The translations under genes were made by a program, and so were the position numbers. A stretch of DNA of 64,000 bases from an uncultured delta proteobacterium (GTDB lineage: Bacteria > Desulfobacterota > Binatia > UBA9968), in assembly GCA_963816145.1 (NCBI GenBank), contig CAWFJP010000031.1:64001-128000 (forward strand), given 5' to 3'. This document shows, in pieces, positions 10,425-19,232 of this stretch. The notes beneath the pieces are model-generated. The model was given only the letters and a program-made list of their open reading frames with translations, was not told the origin of the DNA and searched no databases. Every line of letters starts with the position of its first letter. The stretch's first letter is position 1.

Positions 10425-11338
10425 GGTTTAACCGATTCCAGCGGCGACGAGGTAACTGCGTAAGTGACGCTTAACTGGCGCACCGTTTCGGGCAGGGTGC
10501 CGCGTAACAAGTAGGTTGTGACAAACTCTTCTTCTTTCCCCGGTTGCAAGCGTACCGGCAAGATGAAACCGCAGTCGACCAGATCGAGATAGTCGCGCAG
10601 CTCTTGCGGTTCGACCAAGTGGCCGATGCGCGTCGATAGGGTTTGTTTGCCGGTGTTTTTGATTTTCATGCCGACGCGAAAGACTTGCCCGGGACGCGAC
10701 GCGACTTGGGCTTGTTCGATCTTGATTTCCACAGGTGATGACGTCGGGATCGCCGGCTGGAAGGTCAACTTGACGCCGGCTGCCCAGTTTAAAAATACTT
10801 TCCAACCGCCGGCTTCTCTGACCAGGTTGAATGTCTCCTCGCCAGCCACCAAGGCGATGGTCTTGTCGCGTCGTTGCCGGTCGATGGAGTTGAGCAGCGT
10901 CTTGCGCTCGGTAGTGGATAGCGATTCCAGTCGTTCGCTGTCCCAATCGAGCATCAATGGGTTCAGTTTCGTCGCATCCGGCACGTTGGCTTTTACTTTC
11001 ACCACGGCGTGCTCCTGATCGATGACCAGTTCCAGAAGGCTAACGCTAACGCTCTGCGCCACGGCTCGCGCCGCTTCGAGGATAAAATCGCGAAACTCGC
11101 CGCGAGCGCGGCTGTAACTATGCACATCCCTTAGACGTTGGTCGGCGCTGGAAATTTGCTCGTAAGCGGTGCGAAAATCGCGGGCGTAAAGCGCCTTCAC
11201 ATATTTACCCAGGGCCGTAGATATTTCTTCGCGGTCATCAGCCCTGGCCGGTTGTGCCAAGAGCGCGACGAGAGCAATAACGGCGGCATATAACGGCAGA
11301 GACAGAGATCGGCGCGCCGAGAGGGGTTGTAATTCCAT
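10421..11338 (-). CDS. Exported protein with NTF2-like N-domain and Cox11/CtaG-like C-domain (paralog 2)
   Basis: WKVFLNWAAG...IGHLVEP...LDLVDC...LQPGKEEEF. Confidence 0.6.
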   Translation of the reverse strand: MELQPLSARRSLSLPLYAAVIALVALLAQPARADDREEISTALGKYVKALYARDFRTAYEQISSADQRLRDVHSYSRARGEFRDFILEAARAVAQSVSVSLLELVIDQEHAVVKVKANVPDATKLNPLMLDWDSERLESLSTTERKTLLNSIDRQRRDKTIALVAGEETFNLVREAGGWKVFLNWAAGVKLTFQPAIPTSSPVEIKIEQAQVASRPGQVFRVGMKIKNTGKQTLSTRIGHLVEPQELRDYLDLVDCGFILPVRLQPGKEEEFVTTYLLRGTLPETVRQLSVTYAVTSSPLESVKP

Positions 11339-11382
11339 CGAACTTCCAGGGGAGCCGCAGTTTAAGCCATCATGCCGGTGTG

Positions 11383-12003
11383 TCAGCGACCCTGAGCCGG
11401 GATCGTCCAGAGATACAGGGTGCGGCCTTCGACGCGCTCGATGCGGTCGGGTTTCCAGTCGCCCATGTCGAAGGCGTGGGAAACCACGCGGGAGCCGGGT
11501 TTGAGCTGACTTAGAATATTCGGTTTTAACTTTAAATTCACATCCGGCAGTAAATACATGGTGACTACCGATGCCGCAGAAAGATCGACCGTGAGAATGT
11601 CTTGCTGGCGAATTTCGGCCTGCTCCTGAACGCCGGCCTTGCGAATGTTGTCGCGCGACTGTTTCACCAGATCGCCGTCGATTTCAAAGCCCACGGCTTT
11701 GGCGCCTTTTTTCGCAGCGGTGATGACGATGCGGCCGTCGCCGGAGCCGAGATCGTAGACGACATCGCCCTTCTTGACGCCGGCGAGTTCGACCATCTTG
11801 TCGACGACCTCCTGTGGCGTCGGTACGAACGGCACGATCTTTTTGTTTTCAAAGATGCTGTCTTGGGCGAACGCAGCGCGGTCGAGCGGGTTAGGTGCAA
11901 TGACGGCAAAAGTCGATAGGACGCTCAATCCTAAGCTAGTAATTACTTTCGCGACAATTCGTTGCTTCATGGAATGACCGGCCTCCTTAGGTACTCGTTG
12001 CAA
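11383..12003 (-). CDS. Class I SAM-dependent methyltransferase with signal-peptide-like N-terminus
   Basis: VPFVPTP, YDLGSGDGRIV, VTMYLLP, LKPGSRVVSHAF; the true start may be MKQR. Confidence 0.9.
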   Translation of the reverse strand: MQRVPKEAGHSMKQRIVAKVITSLGLSVLSTFAVIAPNPLDRAAFAQDSIFENKKIVPFVPTPQEVVDKMVELAGVKKGDVVYDLGSGDGRIVITAAKKGAKAVGFEIDGDLVKQSRDNIRKAGVQEQAEIRQQDILTVDLSAASVVTMYLLPDVNLKLKPNILSQLKPGSRVVSHAFDMGDWKPDRIERVEGRTLYLWTIPAQGR

Positions 12004-12051
12004 GGCAATTAACCATAAAATTTCTACCGTAGCCAGATGGACCTAATGGGG

Positions 12052-13011
12052 TTATTTGACTTTGAATTCATAGGTTAATTTAATCTCGCGATGGCTTAGG
12101 CCCGCCGCGCTGTTGAGCTGGTAAGCCATGGCAAATTCCTTTTCTTGCTTCGCATCGAGCGTCGTCGGCGTCAGCAAGCCGCACTCGACGAGCTGCAGGT
12201 CCTCGGCTACTTCCGGCGGTTCAAACAAATGGCCGACGGTGAATATCACGGCGTGCGCGCCGGGATTTCTAATCTTAAGATTGACCAGAAACAGCTCATC
12301 GTTTTTGGCTATCACTTCGGTTGTGGTGAAGCGGATATCTAGCTTGTTTCCGTCGGCGAGTTTGCTCTGCAGAAGCACGCGCGTGCCGGCGGCCCAATCG
12401 AGAAAAACCTTCCATGCATCGGCTTCTTTGATGAGCTCGATCGTCTCTTGTCCCTCGATGTTGAGCAGCTTGCCGCTCTGATTGCGGCTGTCGAGTTCGG
12501 CCAAAAGTTCTTTTTGTTTCTCCGTCGGAAGGGCATTCAATCGATCCTCGTCCCAATGTAACAACAAATCATTCAGTTCGGCCGGCGCGGGGACGCGGTA
12601 ACCGACCTTAATAACGAGACTGTCACCGCTTTCTTGCCGGTCGATCAGCCAAACTTTCATGAAGCCGGCGAGTTTTCTCGAAACTTCAAGGGTGAAGCCG
12701 GTGTAAGCGCCCTGGCTATTCACAAAGTTCTGACGCGTTCGCTCCTGCCGGTCGGCAGATGAAAGATGGTCGTACGCCTGAGCGAAGTCGCGTGCGAAAG
12801 TCGCCCGCAGATAGCCGTCTACGGTCGCGAGCGGGCGATTCGATTCGCGACTCCTTGGTGGAATCAGTAGATAAACGCCAAGCGCCGATAAGACCGTCAG
12901 CAAGGCTGCGAGGATAAGTTTGCCACGATACATAAGATGTTGATCGACGCCGCGAATCGCCAACGGGTGCGCCGCATTGTTGATCAAACCGCATTCAACG
13001 CTGAATGCCAA
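12052..13011 (-). CDS. Membrane-anchored protein with NTF2-like N-domain and Cox11/CtaG-like C-domain (paralog 1)
   Basis: WKVFLDWAAG...VGHLFEP...LQLVEC; the true start may be MYRG. Confidence 0.6.
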   Translation of the reverse strand: MAFSVECGLINNAAHPLAIRGVDQHLMYRGKLILAALLTVLSALGVYLLIPPRSRESNRPLATVDGYLRATFARDFAQAYDHLSSADRQERTRQNFVNSQGAYTGFTLEVSRKLAGFMKVWLIDRQESGDSLVIKVGYRVPAPAELNDLLLHWDEDRLNALPTEKQKELLAELDSRNQSGKLLNIEGQETIELIKEADAWKVFLDWAAGTRVLLQSKLADGNKLDIRFTTTEVIAKNDELFLVNLKIRNPGAHAVIFTVGHLFEPPEVAEDLQLVECGLLTPTTLDAKQEKEFAMAYQLNSAAGLSHREIKLTYEFKVK

Positions 13012-13564
13012 CCTTCTTGATCGCTTCTTTGACGCGTTCCGGCGAAATCGGTCCTAGGACGACGTCCCGGATAATGCCTTGTCCATCGACGAAAAAAGTC
13101 GCCGGTGGACCGAAGATGCGGTAAGACCGCTTCACGGTGCTGTTCAGATCGAGCGCGATCGGGAACACCAGCTTGGCCTCCTTCGCGTATTCAATGACTG
13201 CGGCGCGGGTGTCCTCGACGGCGATGCCAAGCACCTGATAACTGCCGCCGGCCTTTGCCGCGAAATCGTTGATCAGCGGCATCTCTTCGCGGCAGGGATC
13301 GCACCAGCTGGCGAAGAAATTAATTAACAGCGGCTTGCCGCGAAATGTCTCGAGTCCGACAGATTTGCCTTCCAAGGTTTTCAAGTCGAAGGGAATGGCA
13401 TTGCCGCCGATGGCGGGCGCCGTGTTTTGCGGTGCCGGGTGCACATGTTGCGCCCAGGTAGGATTGGCCATCAAAGCCATGCCGATTGCGCAGCTGGCAA
13501 AAAGCCGTGCCGGCCCGGTCCACCGCGGGTTCCTTGAGGTACTTTTTTGCGTGGGCATAATCAT
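12995..13564 (-). CDS. TlpA/ResA-like thiol-disulfide oxidoreductase
   Basis: INFFASWCDPCREEMP, GPPATFFVD. Confidence 0.93.
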   Translation of the reverse strand: MIMPTQKSTSRNPRWTGPARLFASCAIGMALMANPTWAQHVHPAPQNTAPAIGGNAIPFDLKTLEGKSVGLETFRGKPLLINFFASWCDPCREEMPLINDFAAKAGGSYQVLGIAVEDTRAAVIEYAKEAKLVFPIALDLNSTVKRSYRIFGPPATFFVDGQGIIRDVVLGPISPERVKEAIKKVGIQR

Positions 13565-14886
13565 TGTCGCACCGCCGCGCTTCTGAGCACGACACGCGAG
13601 TCTTCATCGTCGGTTTCAGTCCAGGCGACATGAATTAGATTTTTCTTGAGCGCCAACACGGGTCGGCTGGCGTTCCCTTTGGCACTGCTGAGCTGTTGAA
13701 TCGGACTCCAGGTTCGGCCATCGGCGGCGAGAACCCTCAGGTAGATTTGGGCTCGATTGTTGGCGTCGAGGTTGCTCCAGGCGAAGTAGACCTGATCGTC
13801 GTCGCCGACGATCAGGTTATTATAGAGTGTTTCCGGCGCCGTGTTGGCGTGGATCATTGTCCTCGGCGCGAATGTCTTGCCGCCGTCCTTCGAAACGCTG
13901 TAGTAAATCCCCGCCTCTTGTTCCCTCCGGCCTTGGGTGAACCAGCTGACGTGCAGTTGGCCGCGACTGTCGCGGCCAATGCTTGGGCCGGAGTGGGGAC
14001 AGGAGGGGACTTGCCAGCCGTCGTTGCTGATTTCTATCGGGGCGCCGAAGCTGGCGCCGCCGTCGGTCGATTTGCGCAACACATGGTTGCGAATTTTGTT
14101 AGCATCGACTTCGCGGTCGACCATATAAACGGTTTTGCCGCCATCGGCGAAGTCGATGCCCAGCTTGCAACATTCGCACAGACCGTCGCCGACTTGATAA
14201 TTCTTTGTCAGTGCCTGACCGCGAGAATCGATCTTCATCAAATACAACTGGCGTGGCTTGGGATTATCGATCCGGCGGTCGATCCAGGCGACAAGCAAGT
14301 TGCCATCTGGCATGGTTTCAATGATCGGAAAACGGCCGGCGTCTTGAACTTCGTTCAACGTGCGTGGCGGCGTGAAGCCGCCGTTGCCGTCTTCAATTGC
14401 AAAGCGAATATTGGCTCGGGTCTTGTCGCCTTTCGCACCGGGGATGGACCAGACGGCAAAGATTCTTCCACTGCGGTCGAAGGCTAGTTTCGGCCCATTT
14501 TCTTCGCCTTGGACGGCTTCGACGCTACCGTTGACCCTTATCGCCGCGGTCCAAGTCTTCCCGCCGTCGCTGGATGACGCGATTAATGCATTGCGCATCG
14601 GCGATGGTGCGCGATCGCCGCCCATCGCTCCGTGGCCAGAGTGTGGTTTTCCGCCTGGCCAAGGCGTGTCGTGGTCTTCGGTCCAGACGGCAAACAATCT
14701 CCCGTCGAGGCTATAGCGCAAAAATGGCGTCGAAGGATTTGCTTCAGACCTGCCAATCGCGACCTCAGGCCCAAACCTGAGCTGCACCGATTGTGTTGTC
14801 ACCGGCGGTTGTGCGGGTTGAGCGCCGCAACCAATACAGACGATGAGAAAACTGAACAATGACCATCTACCGACAGCCCTTTTCAT
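13561..14886 (-). CDS. BNR/sialidase-fold lipoprotein with CECC and CPH motifs
   Basis: Repeated Asp-boxes SxDGGxT(W/F), LCECC, WQVPSCPHSGP, lipobox-like CIGC. Confidence 0.85.
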   Translation of the reverse strand: MKRAVGRWSLFSFLIVCIGCGAQPAQPPVTTQSVQLRFGPEVAIGRSEANPSTPFLRYSLDGRLFAVWTEDHDTPWPGGKPHSGHGAMGGDRAPSPMRNALIASSSDGGKTWTAAIRVNGSVEAVQGEENGPKLAFDRSGRIFAVWSIPGAKGDKTRANIRFAIEDGNGGFTPPRTLNEVQDAGRFPIIETMPDGNLLVAWIDRRIDNPKPRQLYLMKIDSRGQALTKNYQVGDGLCECCKLGIDFADGGKTVYMVDREVDANKIRNHVLRKSTDGGASFGAPIEISNDGWQVPSCPHSGPSIGRDSRGQLHVSWFTQGRREQEAGIYYSVSKDGGKTFAPRTMIHANTAPETLYNNLIVGDDDQVYFAWSNLDANNRAQIYLRVLAADGRTWSPIQQLSSAKGNASRPVLALKKNLIHVAWTETDDEDSRVVLRSAAVRQ

Positions 14887-14925
14887 GCGGGACTCCTGCC
14901 CAATTTAATGAATGAGTACAATAAT

Positions 14926-14968
14926 TCAGGGCGTTTACCACAAATGCATTTGTCGTAAACGAGCCTGA
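14926..14968 (-). terminator. Long intergenic hairpin (terminator/attenuator candidate)
   Basis: TCAGG..CGTTTAC.ACAAAT GC ATTTGT.GTAAACG.CCTGA inverted repeat. Confidence 0.55.
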
Positions 14969-15003
14969 CGAGTTGGCGAAAATAATTCGGAGTGACGAGA
15001 ACT

Positions 15004-15399
15004 TTAAATTAGTGGTGGTGCGCGTTGAGAAAAAGGCGAGGGGTTGAACGACGAGGCTTCGGTTATTGCTTGGTCAACTTGGTGTGTGACAGCATGTTCG
15101 ACGGCGACGAAGGCAAATGTCTGCACGAGTGAGGCGTGGGCATTTTGCGCAACCGAAAGGACAAAGCAATCGGCCGGCTTTGATGTTGGGCGCTTGTGAT
15201 GGTCGCTGTGACTGTGCTCGGTAGTATCGGTATGATCATGAGTTTGTTCGGCAGCGACAGACTGCTCAGCTGCGGGAAATTGCTCGAAAAAGTGGTGCAC
15301 CCGATGCGGTGCCGACGCCGCCAGAAAAAATCCGAAAGCGGCGACTATGCTCAAATACAAGCCGCGTACGCTTGCGGAAACTGGTTTTGGGGCGTTCAT
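15004..15399 (-). CDS. DUF2946/CruR-like His-rich protein ending in a RAPP motif
   Basis: N-terminal TM, HRVHH, HDHTDTTEHSHSDHH, DCFV, C-terminal SQRAPPLI. Confidence 0.7.
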   Translation of the reverse strand: MNAPKPVSASVRGLYLSIVAAFGFFLAASAPHRVHHFFEQFPAAEQSVAAEQTHDHTDTTEHSHSDHHKRPTSKPADCFVLSVAQNAHASLVQTFAFVAVEHAVTHQVDQAITEASSFNPSPFSQRAPPLI

Positions 15400-15459
15400 G
15401 GTCTGTGTGACTAATAGTAATCCGACCGCGGTGGCAACTCAAGCCATTCTTGGGTCCGA

Positions 15460-15939
15460 TTATTTGACTGTGAACTCCACCGTGTCGCGGGCAGCCAATT
15501 CGGTTTGGTGATCGCTGGCGACCACCCGCAGTTCCAAAATGTGTTTTCCTGGTTTGATGCCGTTCAGTGTGCCTTTGGCGCTTTCGAACATGCCCATCAA
15601 CTCGCCATCAACGTAGGCGTGGGCGTGATGGCCGCGTTTGCCTTTGGTGAGCTTGAACTCGACCGGGACTTTGTCGCCCTTGACGACCTCGCCTTTGGTG
15701 GGTGCGAGGATCTTGATGCTCGCGCCCTCGGCGGGCTGAAGCGGTGCGGCGGATGATTTCACCGGCGCGCTTTTGACTGCCGGTTGCTCTTGGCCATGTT
15801 GATGCTGGGCCTGGGCCATGACCGGTAAGGGGGTCAAAAATAGAATCAATATACCGTTCCGTATCACCATTCGATTATTCTCCCTTGATGCAATTTCACC
15901 ATATTGGGCCCATTGACGAAAGCCGCGCGTGTATTTCAT
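15460..15939 (-). CDS. Small exported His-containing beta-sandwich protein (DUF4399/DUF6130-like)
   Basis: AQA-QHQHG, GHHAHAYVDG, GKHILEL...SDH; the true start is probably downstream (MVIRN). Confidence 0.65.
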   Translation of the reverse strand: MKYTRGFRQWAQYGEIASRENNRMVIRNGILILFLTPLPVMAQAQHQHGQEQPAVKSAPVKSSAAPLQPAEGASIKILAPTKGEVVKGDKVPVEFKLTKGKRGHHAHAYVDGELMGMFESAKGTLNGIKPGKHILELRVVASDHQTELAARDTVEFTVK

Positions 15940-16001
15940 TTCTCTTAGACGTGTTAAAGAGCGTAGCGCTTTTGGCTCCCTTCAAGAAATTCTGCCGTTT
16001 G

Positions 16002-16821
16002 TCAGCGCCGTAAGCGGAACCGATAAACGAATGTAAACTCGGCTGGAACATTCTGTCCGTCTGCTTGCGCCGGTTCGAAGCGCGATTGCTTGACCGCTTT
16101 GAGCGCTTCTTCATCAAAACCGCCGCCGCCGCTTTTGACAATTTCCGCCTTGGTCACTTTGCCTTCCGGGTCGACTTCAATTCTCAATGTTACATCGCTT
16201 TCGAGTCCGGCGCGCAGCGCCATCGCCGGATAGGTGGCGCGCACGGTTTGAATCGGCTTGGCTTCGCGGTTGGTTCGCAACACGGTCTGCGCGGGTAACC
16301 CAGGGCGTACCGGAGCCGCGGCCCAAACCCGAAGCCGCCGTGCCGCCGCCACCGCCGGCGGTGCCAGTACCCGGAACAACCCCGACCTCGCCTTTGCCAA
16401 AGAGGTTTCCGGCACCGGCTTCACTGCCGCCGCCTTCGGTTCTTGCTGTGGACGGAGTTGGCGAACTTTCCGTTCGCGCAACCGGGGTCGATTTTGCCTC
16501 AGCAGCTTTCATGCTTTCATCTTTCGGTAAAGCAGCGGGTGCTGGAACCGGCTTTTCAATTTTGACGATTTCGGGTTTGGCGGCAGCTTTGGTTTCTTTG
16601 ATTTTCTCCGGCTTAGCGGGCAGCGGTTTTTTTACTTCGGGGTCCGGCTCGACCTTTTTCACCGACACCGGTGGAGCCGAAGGCGGTAAATCGACCAGTC
16701 CGATGGGCTGAAATTCCTGGCGGCGAAGACCGTTTTGAACTAACGCGGAAGCGAGCGCCAACACCAGCAGGTGAACGACCAGTGACGAGGCAAATGGCAA
16801 CTTGAGCGAATCATCTCTCAT
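16002..16821 (-). CDS. tonB: Energy transducer TonB, one frameshift near 16300
   Basis: SLVVH TM and Pro/Lys linker in ORF 16177-16821; TonB_C domain (YPAMA...FDEEAL...FEPA) in ORF 16002-16481. Confidence 0.88.
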
Positions 16822-17231
16822 GGCCGACTGTCTTTGGGTTTGATCGCGATGGCCATCTTGGCGACTCCGGCTTGGCGCGCCGCGTCCATGATCTCGACGA
16901 CGACGCCATGCTCGACTTTTTCATCAGCGTTGATCAGCACCAGCAAGTCCGGATTCTTCGCCAGCCGGGATTTCAAGATTTCGCCAACTTGGGCGCGCGG
17001 CACATCCTGCTTATCGATTGCGATCGTACCGTCTGGCTTGATCGTTACTGCGGCGCTTTCGTTGGGCGTTTGCTGGCCGGTGGCGGCTTTCGGCAGATTT
17101 ACCGGCAGGCCGCCATAGCGGGCCATGGATAACGTCGAGATCATGAAGAAGACCAAGAGAAAAAAGATCGTATCGATCATCGGGATGATCTCGATCCGAG
17201 CTTTTTTGATTTCACGCCGGCGCAAGCGCAT
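16818..17231 (-). CDS. exbD: Biopolymer transporter ExbD
   Basis: IEIIPMIDTIFFLLVFFMI, LINADEKV. Confidence 0.93.
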   Translation of the reverse strand: MRLRRREIKKARIEIIPMIDTIFFLLVFFMISTLSMARYGGLPVNLPKAATGQQTPNESAAVTIKPDGTIAIDKQDVPRAQVGEILKSRLAKNPDLLVLINADEKVEHGVVVEIMDAARQAGVAKMAIAIKPKDSRP

Positions 17232-17833
17232 TACTTGTTCTCACTGTCAGCCAGAATCAGTTCCAGGCGCGAAGCATAGTATTCGATCTCTTCCATTTCT
17301 TTCTCGGCGCGGTTGGAAAAATAGTTGTACGGAACCAGCGTGAGAATCGCTATCAGCAAGCCGGTTGCGGTGGCGATCAGCGCTTCGGCAACGCCGCCGG
17401 TGACGGCGTGGGGTTGGCCGATGCCAACCTGAGACATGATGCCGAAAGAACCGATCATGCCAGTGACAGTGCCGAGCAGGCCAAGCAATGGCGCCAGAGT
17501 GATGATCGTGTCCAGTATCGTCAACCGCTGCTTGAGCACCGGCACTTCCTTTTGCGCGGCAACTTCAAGGGCTTTGGTGACGGCATTGCGGTGCATCAAA
17601 CCGGACGCCATCACGCGCACCAATGGCGCATCGGCTTGTCGCGTCGATTCGACGGCTTTGCTCAATTCCCCGCGTTCGACCAACTCGAGCAGGGTTTCTG
17701 CTAACTGCCGGTCGCCGATCCTGCGCCAATAGAGCCAACGTTCGATGACGACGGTCAATGCAATTATGGAGCAGGCGAGCAGCGGCACCATGACAGGCCC
17801 GCCTTTGATGACGATATCGATGAAGTCAAACAT
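17231..17833 (-). CDS. exbB: MotA/TolQ/ExbB proton channel
   Basis: APLLGLLGTVTGMI, GGVAEALIATATGL. Confidence 0.93.
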   Translation of the reverse strand: MFDFIDIVIKGGPVMVPLLACSIIALTVVIERWLYWRRIGDRQLAETLLELVERGELSKAVESTRQADAPLVRVMASGLMHRNAVTKALEVAAQKEVPVLKQRLTILDTIITLAPLLGLLGTVTGMIGSFGIMSQVGIGQPHAVTGGVAEALIATATGLLIAILTLVPYNYFSNRAEKEMEEIEYYASRLELILADSENK

Positions 17834-17865
17834 TGAGTGATTGATTCTCCCGTAAAAAATTCAAA

Positions 17866-19134
17866 CTATGAATGCGCCGGTTCCGCTCTCAGCGGCCGAA
17901 GCGTCCTCACCGGTTCGCGGAAGAACAGGAGCAACGTCATGCCAAGAAAATAGGAACAAGAGACTACGCCAAAGGTGGTTTGAAATCCCGAAGTGCTCAT
18001 CAGCCAGCCGGCCAGCAGTGTCCAAAACGGCGACATGATGAAACCGATGCAATAGTACAGACTGAAGGCGGCATCGAGGATTTCTTCATCGGTCACGTCG
18101 GTGAGCAGAGCTTGGGTCAAGGTTTGGCGCGAAGTGACGACCGCACCGTAGAGAATCAGATTGGCGAACAAGCTGATGGACACATGGTCTTGCAGGCTGA
18201 GCCAGACTGTCGATAGCCCCGACAGCAACAGGGACATTTGCAGCGTGCGCGTGCGGTGAAACCGATCGGAAACCCAACCCCATGCCATGGGTCCGAGCAG
18301 GCCGCCGACTTGAATCAGCGTGAACAAGAACGCCGCATAGGCCATATCGACTTTCAGATCATTGACGAAGTGAGGCACGATGTAGGTTTCATTGATTCCC
18401 TGGCCGAGCCCTGCGCCGCCGACCATCAGGACCAGTGAGATCAGCAGAATGTTTTTGTTCTTGAGACAGCGCTTGTAGGCGTCCAGACCGACAGGAGCCA
18501 ATTTCGATTTTTGGATTTGCGCCGGATTCAATCGAATGGTGTCGCGCAAGGCGAGACAGGCGAAGCCCATGAGAACACTGGGAATACCGACGATCCAAAA
18601 AATCGCTCGCCAGCCGATGCGAGCAACCAGCACCGCGGCGAAGATTGGCGCGACCAGGCTACCGAGATTGGCCGCGGTCGAGTGAAACGCCAACGCCCGA
18701 CCGCGCGCTTTGCCAAAATAGGACGCCAAGGCGGTCGAGCCGACCGGATGCTGCGGGCTGGTGCCGATGCCGCCGAGGACGCGGGTCACCATGATATATG
18801 GGTAGCTGTTGGCAAAGCCGGTGGCGACGACGGAAATTCCCAGCAGAATATTACCGACCCCCAAGATGATGCCGCGCCGCACGTATGGGACGATGAATCC
18901 AAAAAAGGCCTGAAGAAAATTACCGACAAAACCGTAGACCGCGGTGATCGCGCCGATGGCGACAAAGCCGATGCCAAGATCGCGCATCATCAGTGGATAA
19001 AGCACGCCGAGCATGGACGACTGGAAATGATTCAAGAAGTGGGCGCCGCAGACAATTGAAAAAATTGCCGTCTTGCCTGACGGATCGGTCGCCGGCATAT
19101 TGCCGGCGGTGTTGTTGATGATTTTAGTTGTCAC
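17866..19134 (-). CDS. MFS transporter (FSR-like)
   Basis: Multiple TM segments, AHFLNH, QHPVG, GWVSDRFHR. Confidence 0.88.
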   Translation of the reverse strand: MTTKIINNTAGNMPATDPSGKTAIFSIVCGAHFLNHFQSSMLGVLYPLMMRDLGIGFVAIGAITAVYGFVGNFLQAFFGFIVPYVRRGIILGVGNILLGISVVATGFANSYPYIMVTRVLGGIGTSPQHPVGSTALASYFGKARGRALAFHSTAANLGSLVAPIFAAVLVARIGWRAIFWIVGIPSVLMGFACLALRDTIRLNPAQIQKSKLAPVGLDAYKRCLKNKNILLISLVLMVGGAGLGQGINETYIVPHFVNDLKVDMAYAAFLFTLIQVGGLLGPMAWGWVSDRFHRTRTLQMSLLLSGLSTVWLSLQDHVSISLFANLILYGAVVTSRQTLTQALLTDVTDEEILDAAFSLYYCIGFIMSPFWTLLAGWLMSTSGFQTTFGVVSCSYFLGMTLLLFFREPVRTLRPLRAEPAHS

Positions 19135-19232
19135 CTCTAATTATCTCCAATAGCAGAATCGCCAAGCGCGCGGATCCAGCACCGCTGACGATAGTTTGCC
19201 GTTAGCTAGACTTCGCTGCATTATTCGATCGC

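Noticed and set aside
16002-16821. Programmed frameshifting in tonB, and likewise in the bicupin and A-PCP genes
   Set aside because: Each is a single-base indel in a short C/G run within an otherwise intact gene, with no slippery heptamer. Long-read error is the simpler explanation; read polishing would decide.
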